64,000 nt of DNA from Pyrinomonadaceae bacterium (GTDB lineage Bacteria > Acidobacteriota > Blastocatellia > Pyrinomonadales > Pyrinomonadaceae), in NCBI GenBank assembly GCA_046313635.1, contig JBKBYA010000003.1, forward strand, positions 128,001 through 192,000, given 5' to 3'. Both the position numbers and the translations under genes were made by a program. Shown one piece after another: positions 56,318 through 64,000 of this stretch (the first letter of the stretch is position 1; each line of letters opens with the position of its first letter). The notes beneath the pieces were generated by a model. It was not told where the DNA came from and did no database searches. It worked only from the letters and a program-made list of their open reading frames with translations.

Positions 56318-58453
56318 TTACCGGCGCGTGACGACAGCGCGCGCATTGCCCGCGTTGCCGTTCACGTCAAAGACCCGCAGCGTGATCGAATATTCGCCAG
56401 CCGCCGTCGGCACGGCGACCGTAAAGGTCTCGGTGGGCGAGTCGGCTATACGGTCGTCAGGGTAGACGGTGATCCATTCGCCGCCGTTGACGCTGTATTC
56501 GGCCCGGGTGATGTAACTCGCGCGGTCGACGGCGGCAAAGATCACCTGCGACGCCGACGAATTTTGCACCGTCACCGACGGCGCCGTGTTGTCGATGTCG
56601 ATCGGATCGGTCGTCCGCTCGCCGGAGAGCGCCGATGCCGCGGGATTGGAGGGCGTATCGCGCGCGACGATCTTGAAAACGTATCGGCCGTCGGCGAGCG
56701 ACTGACCGTCGATGGTGAAAAACGTCTGCTCGAGCTCGCGGCGGAGCGGGCGGAAATTCTGCTCCGACACTTCGCGATAATAGATGTCGTAGGCCAGCTT
56801 GTCGCCGTTGCGGTCCTCGGCCGTCCACTGGAGCGATCGTGCGGCTCGCTGGTAAACGCGGCGCGGCGGAGCGGATGCCGACGGTATGCCGAAGGTCGCC
56901 GGGTCGAGGCCCGACAATTCGATATTCGGATCGATCTGCGGCGCGGGGTTTGGCACGAGGCCGACGTTGGCCGGCAAAACCTGGATGGCGAGCACCTCTG
57001 GTGCGAGATTTTGCGGGAGGAATGCGACACTCACTTCGCTGAGCGACGCAGGCGGAGCGTTCGACGCCTTGAGCACGGCCCGCCACTGCAGAAATCTCGC
57101 CTTGGGACTCTTGACCTGGGATGCGGCCGGCGTGGTCCAGGAGCTCCAGGTCTCGTTCGGCTTTTCGGTGTTGCCGCTGCGCGTCTCGATCTCGATGGTG
57201 CCGGTCGATCGCCACCAGATTCGTCCCCAATCGGCCGCGGCCTTGGCGTCGAGCACCGGCGATTCGTACGTGCCCTCGGCCGACGGGGCCGTGCCGATCC
57301 GGTAGAGAGTGCCGGGATTGCTTGCGGCGGCGATCATGCCCGCAGCGCTTGGGACGAGTCTCGAGATCTGCCCCGCGTCTGACTGCAGCAGGAGCGTCTC
57401 GCGCCCCGCGTCCGAGACGCCGTAGACCCGGCCCTTGTCTGACGTGCCGATCGTCACGCCCCCTGTCTCGGCCGCTGCGATCGAAAATGCCGTCACCGAG
57501 GGCGACGTCCAGATGACCGAACTGCCGCCGTCGGCAGCGATGCGGTAAACGGCCGAGCGTGCCGACGCGATGTCGAATCGGCTTTTTGCCGGCGCCGCCT
57601 GCGCTCCGTCGGGCTTGTCGGCGGTGACCGGCTTGGCATCGGCCGCCGCGGCGTTGGCGTCGGCCGGCTTGGCCGTGCTCGCTCCCGCCGACTCGGCAAG
57701 AGCGAGGGCGTAGACCGCGTCGTTCGCTCCGACGGCGAGATCACGTATCTCGCGCAGGCTCGAGTCGAGCACGCCAAACGGCTTGCCGTCGGCGCCGAAC
57801 CGGATCACGAGCCCGCCCGGATCGGTCCCCGCGTACAAATTGCCGCGGCGGTCGGCGGCGAGCGAGACGATGTTGGTCTCGCTCGTGTCGAAAAGCAGCG
57901 AAGACTCGGGCGTCGCTCCGCCTGCGCGGACGCGATAGATCTTGCCGCCGTCGCCAGTCCCGACGGCGAGACTGCCGTCGGCCATCACGGCGAGCGACCA
58001 GATGTATTTTTGCTTAGGCTCGAAATAGACGCTCGGCGTTCCGCTCGCCGCGTCAAGGCGATAGACCTTGCCGTCGGGCGAGGTCGCGGCAAAGATCTCG
58101 CCCGTGCGCCCGACAGCGATCGCCGTCACATTCAACTCGGCCAGGTCCGCGAGCAGCGCGCCGCGGCCCGACGTGTCGACCTTGTAAACGCGGCCTTCGG
58201 CGCCGGTGCCGAGATAGATATTTCCGCTCTGATCGACGGCGGTCGACCAGATGTACGGCTGCTCGGTGCGGAATATCTCGGCGAGCTTCGGCGCGAGTGT
58301 GATCGTCCCGTTATCGTCGATCGAAACGCCGCGGGCATCGCCGCGCATCACCTCGGACCGCGAGTTGACCGTCCAGACCGACGGTCCCGACGCGATCGCG
58401 GCCGGAGCAAAGAGAGACAACACTGAAAGAAGTATCGAAAAGGACTTTTTCAT
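56318..58453 (-). CDS. Secreted beta-propeller protein with C-terminal Ig/FN3-like domains
   Basis: Signal peptide; repeated D..G.lY.GT...G.vY blades; DNTAP and RVFD..GN Ig-like tail. Confidence 0.75.
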   Translation of the reverse strand: MKKSFSILLSVLSLFAPAAIASGPSVWTVNSRSEVMRGDARGVSIDDNGTITLAPKLAEIFRTEQPYIWSTAVDQSGNIYLGTGAEGRVYKVDTSGRGALLADLAELNVTAIAVGRTGEIFAATSPDGKVYRLDAASGTPSVYFEPKQKYIWSLAVMADGSLAVGTGDGGKIYRVRAGGATPESSLLFDTSETNIVSLAADRRGNLYAGTDPGGLVIRFGADGKPFGVLDSSLREIRDLAVGANDAVYALALAESAGASTAKPADANAAAADAKPVTADKPDGAQAAPAKSRFDIASARSAVYRIAADGGSSVIWTSPSVTAFSIAAAETGGVTIGTSDKGRVYGVSDAGRETLLLQSDAGQISRLVPSAAGMIAAASNPGTLYRIGTAPSAEGTYESPVLDAKAAADWGRIWWRSTGTIEIETRSGNTEKPNETWSSWTTPAASQVKSPKARFLQWRAVLKASNAPPASLSEVSVAFLPQNLAPEVLAIQVLPANVGLVPNPAPQIDPNIELSGLDPATFGIPSASAPPRRVYQRAARSLQWTAEDRNGDKLAYDIYYREVSEQNFRPLRRELEQTFFTIDGQSLADGRYVFKIVARDTPSNPAASALSGERTTDPIDIDNTAPSVTVQNSSASQVIFAAVDRASYITRAEYSVNGGEWITVYPDDRIADSPTETFTVAVPTAAGEYSITLRVFDVNGNAGNARAVVTRR

Positions 58454-58498
58454 TTGTTTGAGACGTGCAAGAGTTGCCTAAGTCTAAACACAATTCGT

Positions 58499-58530
58499 AA
58501 AAAAAGACACCGCCTCGATCGACGGTGTCT
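58499..58530 (-). terminator. Rho-independent terminator after ndh
   Basis: A-run then AGACACCG...CGGTGTCT. Confidence 0.7.
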
Positions 58531-58562
58531 CGCCTTTGCGCCAGAGGCGCGCGGGCGGCGTA

Positions 58563-59909
58563 TCAGCTCTTGGCTGGAGCGTTCGTGCTGCGGCTTTCGG
58601 CCATCCGGTCGAGCACCGCCGCGGCGTCCTCGCCGGCGATGAAGTGGACCGCGTCCCGCAGCTCTTCGGCGTCGCCGGTGATCAGCCTCGCGCTCCGCTC
58701 GCGGGTCATATACGCCCAGAACCACTCGAACATCACCGCGACGCGATTGCGGAAGCCGATCAGCAAAACGACGTGAAGAAAGAGCCACATCATCCAGGCG
58801 ACAAAGCCCGAGAACTTCCACCCGCGCAGGTCCGCGATCGCGCGGCTGCGGCCGATGGTCGCCATCGTGCCTTTGTCGACGTATTCAAAATCGACGCGAG
58901 GCCTGCCCTCGAGATCGCGAATTATGTTTGCCGCCACATGATCGCCCATCTGCATCGCCGCCGGAGCGAGGCCGGGCACGGGCTCGCCGTTCTTTTGCTT
59001 GATCGACGCCATGTCGCCGATGACAAAAACATTCTTGTGATCGCGCAGCGAAAGGTCGCTCTCGACATATACGCGCCCCGCGCGGTCGGTCTCGCCGAGA
59101 GCTCGGCCGAGCGGCGAGGCGGCGACGCCGGTCGCCCACAGCGCGACGTCGCACTCGATCCATTCTTCGCCGACCTTTACCTTGCCCTGAGCGAGGTCGG
59201 TCACAAAGCTGTTGAGCCGAACCTCGACGCCGAGCTCCTCGAGCTGCCGCTTGGCGCTCGCCGAGAGGTCGGGCGGGAACGTGCCGAGCACGCGGTCGGA
59301 GCCTTCAAAGAGGATGACGCGCGCCTCGGTCGTGTCGATCGCCATAAAATCTTTTGCAAGCGCCTGCCGCGCGATGCCCGCGATCGCTCCCGCGAGCTCG
59401 ACGCCCGTCGGCCCGCCGCCGATGACGACGAAGTTTATGTCGTCACGCCGGCCGGTCAGATACGCCCGCCGCTCTGCCAGCTCAAACGTCAAGAGCACTC
59501 GCCGGCGGATCTCGACCGCGTCCTCGATCGTCTTCAGGCCCGGCGCCGACGTCTCCCATTCGTCATGGCCAAAGTACGAGTGCCGCGCACCCGCGGAGAC
59601 AATCAGGTAATCGTACGAGATGGCGGAGCCGTCCTCGAGGCGGACGAGCTTTTTGTCCTTATCAAAACCGGTCACCTCGCCGAGAATGACCTCGGTATTC
59701 TTGTTCTTGTGCAGGATGCGGCGGATCGGCGAGGCGATCTCGCCCGGGCTGAGCACGGCGGTCGCGACCTGGTAGAGCAGAGGCTGAAACGTGTGGTGGT
59801 TTTTGCGATCTACGAGCGTCACCTCGACCGGCTTGCCGCCGAGCGCCTTAGCCGCCCAGAGGCCGCCAAAGCCGCCGCCGATTATTACCACCCGAGGTTT
59901 AGCGCTCAT
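58563..59909 (-). CDS. ndh: Type II NADH dehydrogenase-like FAD oxidoreductase
   Basis: GGGFGG, FQPLLYQVAT, GGGPTGVELAG, WATGV, IGD, APAAMQ, DKGTMATIGR. Confidence 0.9.
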   Translation of the reverse strand: MSAKPRVVIIGGGFGGLWAAKALGGKPVEVTLVDRKNHHTFQPLLYQVATAVLSPGEIASPIRRILHKNKNTEVILGEVTGFDKDKKLVRLEDGSAISYDYLIVSAGARHSYFGHDEWETSAPGLKTIEDAVEIRRRVLLTFELAERRAYLTGRRDDINFVVIGGGPTGVELAGAIAGIARQALAKDFMAIDTTEARVILFEGSDRVLGTFPPDLSASAKRQLEELGVEVRLNSFVTDLAQGKVKVGEEWIECDVALWATGVAASPLGRALGETDRAGRVYVESDLSLRDHKNVFVIGDMASIKQKNGEPVPGLAPAAMQMGDHVAANIIRDLEGRPRVDFEYVDKGTMATIGRSRAIADLRGWKFSGFVAWMMWLFLHVVLLIGFRNRVAVMFEWFWAYMTRERSARLITGDAEELRDAVHFIAGEDAAAVLDRMAESRSTNAPAKS

Positions 59910-60068
59910 AAATTTCCTCGATCGAACGCGTCAGGCATCCGGCCGCTCTCGTTCTGATCTTAACGTCCGGCGCCGAAGTCGAAAGTCTCGGCGCAGACGC
60001 TCTGAAGGTAACCCCTTCAGATCAGAGCGGCGAGGTTGATTATTCCTGCGGTACCGGAGAGGCCGCCT

Positions 60069-61097
60069 CTATACTCCGACAAAACGAGCGTAGAGCGAGC
60101 GTGCGATCGATGGGTCGTCCGTTCCGCGAATGATAGCGCGGCCGTCGCGAAAGACGGTCAGCTCGTGCTCGCCCTCGCTGAAGCGGACAAGATACTCGTT
60201 GTGCCTGACGCCGCCGGCGGTCGCCGAAGCGATCCGCTGTGCGAACGCATCGAGATCGAGCTGCACGGGCCGCGGCGGCGCGATCTGGACGGCATTGCGG
60301 CCGCAGAGGACCGCGGAGAAGTCTTGCCGCTCGGCGTCGAGAAACTCATAAACCGCTCTCGAACCGCAGGCCTTGCAGTCCGCGTTCGGCCCGCCGAGGC
60401 GGATCTTTCGCCAGTCGTTCTGCCAGATGTCGAACTGCATCAGCGAGCCGTGCAGCGCTTCCGTCTTGCCGACGAGCAGCTTGATCGCCTCGTTGACCTG
60501 CACGGCCGCGACGGTCGCGATGATCGGCATTATCACGCCCGCCGTATCGCAGGTCGGCGAGCTGCCGGCGTCGGGCATCTCTTCAAAAATGCAGCGCAGG
60601 CAAGGCGTCTCGCCGGGAATGATCGTCATCGTCGTGCCGTAGCTCGAGACGGCCGCGCCGTAGATCCAGGTCTTTTGATGTTTGACGCAGGCGTCGTTGA
60701 CGAGATAGCGGACCTGAAAGTTATCGGTGCCGTCGATCACGACGTCGCAGCCGTCGATGAGCTGTTCGACATTCGAGTTGTTGACGTCGGCGACCATTTC
60801 TTCGACCGTGATCTCGCTGTTGATCTCGGCGATGCGGCGTTTGGCGGCGACGGCCTTTGGCAGACGCTCGGCGGCGTCGGACTCTTTGAAAAGCGTCTGC
60901 CGCTGAAGATTGGTGTACTCGACAAAGTCGCGATCGACGATGCGAAGCCGACCGACGCCGGCACGTGCGAGCATCTCGGCGTGCGCGGCGCCGAGCGCTC
61001 CGCAGCCGACGAGCAGCACCCGCGAGTCGAGCAGACGCTGCTGACCTTCGCGGCCGATCTCGGGGAAAAGTATCTGGCGGCTGTATCTTTCGTTCAT
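60069..61097 (-). CDS. ThiF/MoeB-family adenylyltransferase
   Basis: RYSRQ, VGCGALG, DRDFVE..NLQRQ, DGTDNF, CLRC and CKAC Zn ligands. Confidence 0.92.
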   Translation of the reverse strand: MNERYSRQILFPEIGREGQQRLLDSRVLLVGCGALGAAHAEMLARAGVGRLRIVDRDFVEYTNLQRQTLFKESDAAERLPKAVAAKRRIAEINSEITVEEMVADVNNSNVEQLIDGCDVVIDGTDNFQVRYLVNDACVKHQKTWIYGAAVSSYGTTMTIIPGETPCLRCIFEEMPDAGSSPTCDTAGVIMPIIATVAAVQVNEAIKLLVGKTEALHGSLMQFDIWQNDWRKIRLGGPNADCKACGSRAVYEFLDAERQDFSAVLCGRNAVQIAPPRPVQLDLDAFAQRIASATAGGVRHNEYLVRFSEGEHELTVFRDGRAIIRGTDDPSIARSLYARFVGV

Positions 61098-62629
61098 CTG
61101 GTTGCGAGCTTTTTCTCTGCCGCGGCACGCATCGCGGCGGTCGGAGCCTGGTCGAGGCCGGTCCAGATCGTGAACTGCATCGCGGCCTGCGCGGCGAGCA
61201 TATCGAGACCGCCGAGCGTCGCGCAGCCGGCCGCTTTGGCCTCGCTCAGCAGACGCGTCTCGACGGGATTGTAATTCAGATCGTAAACGAGCGAGACACC
61301 CCGAAGCTGCTCGGCGCGTGCGATCGAACGCTCCTCATTCTCGCCGCGAGTGCCGAGCGGCGTCGTGTTGACGACGATGTCGTAGCCCGAGAGATCGGTC
61401 GCCCCGCGCTCGTCGCCGGCGATGCGAAGCTCCTCGATCGTAACGCCGAATTCGTCGGCCAGGTCGCGGGCCCGCTCGACGCTGCGGGCAAAGACGGTGA
61501 CCGCTTCGACGCCTGCGTTTCGCAGCGCGTAAACGCACCCCCGCGCCGCGCCGCCGGCGCCGGCGACGGCGACCCGCGCTCCGGCGAGAGCGGTAAACTT
61601 CTTCTCGAGCGGCGCGATGAATCCGGCCGCGTCCGTATTGAAGCCGAGCAGGCGACCGTCATCACCGATGCTGACCGTATTGACCGCACCGATCGCGCGA
61701 GCCGCTGCGTCCGTTTTGTCGAGATGCGGGATGATCGCGACCTTGTGCGGATTGGTCACGGCGAAGCCGCAAAAATTGAGATCGATCTCACGCGTCTCGC
61801 GGCGGACCATCCGGCGGATGAATTGACCGAGATCTTTCACCTGCAGCGGCACAAAGACCGAATTCAAATTCGCCGCCGCAAACGCCGTGTTGTGCAGATA
61901 CGGCGACATCGAGTAGCTCGTGTCGCCCGCGACGACGCCGTAAACGCGCGTCTCACGGTTGAGTTCGCCAACGCGGTAGAGGTCGAGCATCTCTTCGACG
62001 GAGATCTGGCCGGGAGCTGTTTTGCCGTCCGCATCGGGCGCGGCAAAGGTCATCGGCGCCCCGTGCGCGAGCGAGAGAATTCGCGTCCACTTGCCCGCCT
62101 CGCCCATCGCGATCGGCACAAATTTGCCGTCTGCCGCAGCCGCCGATACAAAAAGCTTCCACAACTGGATCGAGTCGCAGATATCGTTTGCCGTAACGGC
62201 GATCTTGAGAATGCCGTTCGAGAGATCAGAAAGCGCGGTTACCGTCACGTCGAGGTCGGCCGGCGTGCGTTCGAAGTCGTGATGCGAGACGATCGTGCGA
62301 TCGGCCTGCAGATCGACCGATGACAAAATGTCGGGCTCGAGGTCTGCAAAAAAGTCGCAGCCGTTGAATTTGTGGATCACGCGTTCCCAGAACTTCAGAC
62401 GTTGGCCAATACTTATCGGCCGCAGCCCGCCGCGTTCCTTCGGGCGAAAAGTGAAGAGATACTTGTCAGATTCGATCGGCAGTTCGTCAAGCAGCCGATC
62501 GATCTCGGTGTCATCGAGCGCGTCAAAGCGGACCTCGATCAGGTCGGCGCCAGCACGGGCGCGTTCGATCCGGTCGAGGGTCTCGGCGGCGTTCGTGCCG
62601 TATATCGAAACGCAGATCTTGCCTTTCAT
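61094..62629 (-). CDS. aroDE: Bifunctional type I 3-dehydroquinate dehydratase / shikimate dehydrogenase
   Basis: N-terminal EVRFD, SHHDF, KIAV, AMG, APGQ; C-terminal SMSP.LHN, VTNPHK, GAVNT, NTD, GAGGAAR, NTTPLG, DLNYNP. Confidence 0.92.
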   Translation of the reverse strand: MKGKICVSIYGTNAAETLDRIERARAGADLIEVRFDALDDTEIDRLLDELPIESDKYLFTFRPKERGGLRPISIGQRLKFWERVIHKFNGCDFFADLEPDILSSVDLQADRTIVSHHDFERTPADLDVTVTALSDLSNGILKIAVTANDICDSIQLWKLFVSAAAADGKFVPIAMGEAGKWTRILSLAHGAPMTFAAPDADGKTAPGQISVEEMLDLYRVGELNRETRVYGVVAGDTSYSMSPYLHNTAFAAANLNSVFVPLQVKDLGQFIRRMVRRETREIDLNFCGFAVTNPHKVAIIPHLDKTDAAARAIGAVNTVSIGDDGRLLGFNTDAAGFIAPLEKKFTALAGARVAVAGAGGAARGCVYALRNAGVEAVTVFARSVERARDLADEFGVTIEELRIAGDERGATDLSGYDIVVNTTPLGTRGENEERSIARAEQLRGVSLVYDLNYNPVETRLLSEAKAAGCATLGGLDMLAAQAAMQFTIWTGLDQAPTAAMRAAAEKKLATR

Positions 62630-62651
62630 CAGGATGCGGTCGGCGAACGTG

Positions 62652-63422
62652 CTACGACTGCCGCGCTTCGGCGGGCGGCATTTTGACGACGAAGCTAAGC
62701 GTCGCGATCAGCGCCGCGATCACGCCTACGACGGCCGCGACGACGATCGGCGTGTTGCCGCTCTGTTTGATCGCGATCGCCGTAAGCGCCCATGCGACGG
62801 CGAGCGGATAGAGATCGTTGCGCAAAAATGCGCGGGCCGCGACGGCAAAGAGTGCGGCGAGCAGGATAAAGACGACGCCGATCGCGTTCGCCGCGGACGC
62901 CGACAGGTCCACTCTCAGATAGACGAGCATGATCGCCAGATTCACGAGCGAAGCGCACGTGACCCAGCCGGCGTAGATCGAGAATGGAGCCTTGACGGCC
63001 CAATATTCGCCGAGCGAGACGGTCGTCGCCACCTTGCCGCAGATGTATACGAGCGTCAGGCAAAGAGCGACGATCACCCCGAACGCGGCGAGGATCTGAT
63101 CGTTATGCCAGAAATATATCCAGCCGCAATTGAGCGCCGCCGTCAGAATGTATGGCGAGCGAAGTCCGGCAAGACGCTCCCGATTGCCCGGCAAAAGCTG
63201 GTATATGCTGAAGGCGATCAGGCCCGTGTAGATCAGGCTCCAGATCGAAAAGGCATAACCCGCGGGCGTGACCACGGTCGGGTATTTGCCGGAGATCATC
63301 TCGGGCGTGACGCCGTTGACGTAACCCGCCGCGGCGAGCGCGTTAAAGGCGATGGTCCCAATGGTCGCCAGCACGACGAGAAAGGCCCGCAACGTTCCGG
63401 CGGAATTAGATCTTTCGGACAT
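62652..63422 (-). CDS. TspO/MBR-related tryptophan-rich membrane protein
   Basis: TPAGYAFSIWSLIY, N..WI..W, SIYAGWVT.AS..N; multiple TMs. Confidence 0.8.
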   Translation of the reverse strand: MSERSNSAGTLRAFLVVLATIGTIAFNALAAAGYVNGVTPEMISGKYPTVVTPAGYAFSIWSLIYTGLIAFSIYQLLPGNRERLAGLRSPYILTAALNCGWIYFWHNDQILAAFGVIVALCLTLVYICGKVATTVSLGEYWAVKAPFSIYAGWVTCASLVNLAIMLVYLRVDLSASAANAIGVVFILLAALFAVAARAFLRNDLYPLAVAWALTAIAIKQSGNTPIVVAAVVGVIAALIATLSFVVKMPPAEARQS

Positions 63423-63609
63423 AAAATATATTATGCCATCGGCCGCGTGCTTTTTTGTCGACGCGGCGGGCGGCTATGGTGCGATATGGTCGGGATTTTT
63501 ACGATTTCGTATAAGCATCCGAATGTTCGTCCGGCCGGCGCGTCGCGGATAGCGAGAAATAGAATGTATTCCAACCATTTAGACCGCTTACGCGTCATAG
63601 TGTCGCCTG

Positions 63610-63625
63610 TGGCACTCGGGTTGCA
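63610..63625 (+). promoter_or_regulatory. Sigma-54 (-24/-12) promoter
   Basis: TGGCAC-TCGGG-TTGCA, exact consensus, 70 nt before the ATG at 63696. Confidence 0.75.
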
Positions 63626-63695
63626 AAACTGGCAGCGACGCAGATTCCCGCTTTCCCCGCTAGCGTGATCCCATGGAAAGAGGAAATTAGGAGCG

Positions 63696-63920
63696 ATGAA
63701 GTTTATCAAGAACATTTTAGTATCGTTGGTGATGATCGTCGGCCTGTCGGTCGCGGCCTTTGCACAAAAGGACGATCAGAAAAAGCCGCCGCCGAAGGAT
63801 CCGCCGACGGTCAACCCCGGGACCAAGCCGCCGCGCGAGAACCCGCCCAAGGAGAATCCCCCAAAAAAGCCGGGATACACGTTCGCGGCGATCGTCAAAG
63901 ACAACGGCGAGATCGCCTGA
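63696..63920 (+). CDS. Small secreted Pro/Lys-rich protein
   Basis: AGGAG RBS; signal peptide ending AFA; mature QKDDQKKPPPKDPP...ENPPKENPPKKP; own terminator. Confidence 0.75.
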   Translation: MKFIKNILVSLVMIVGLSVAAFAQKDDQKKPPPKDPPTVNPGTKPPRENPPKENPPKKPGYTFAAIVKDNGEIA

Positions 63921-63943
63921 CAAGACCAAATATCCGAAACGGT

Positions 63944-63974
63944 AGAGCAGCCTCATCAAACGGGCTGCTCTTTT
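63944..63974 (+). terminator. Rho-independent terminator
   Basis: AGAGCAGCC...GGCTGCTCT plus T-run. Confidence 0.75.
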
Positions 63975-64000
63975 AGCGCTCGGCCGGCGGCTTTTTTGAA

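Noticed and set aside
61094..62629. AroD-AroE fusion as a novelty
   Set aside because: Already known from plants and several bacterial phyla

Overview
GC-rich bacterial chromosomal segment, mostly housekeeping. The gene content and protein style suggest Acidobacteriota (Blastocatellia-like), which is an inference. It holds about 60 CDS (atpI/atpZ-like, waaA, efp, an NtrC-type two-component pair, rnc, lepB, psuG, ruvC, fahA, fdhD, a FdhF/YdeP oxidoreductase, purF, murI, rph, a NarL/UvrY-type two-component pair, fabG, trmB, def, glpX, ppsA, S8 protease, Ser/Thr kinase, rqcH, rlmB, ndh, aroDE) plus tmRNA. No prophage, integrase or CRISPR was seen. The unusual content is mostly non-coding. (1) Two paralogous ~70-nt hairpin RNA units lie directly after the NarL/UvrY-type regulator; each has a GacA-box-like palindrome, a promoter with the same spacing and a conserved GGGUGGA loop. 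(2) Several inverted short-tandem-repeat (7-10-mer) hairpin elements sit at gene junctions; one carries a frameshifted four-helix-bundle gene and one is inserted in frame in fdhD. (3) A REP-flanked RAYT-type HUH transposase is broken by one TGA. (4) There is a signal-peptide-bearing dikinase and a sigma-54-driven small secreted peptide. All calls come from reading the sequence and recognising motifs; no searches were run.
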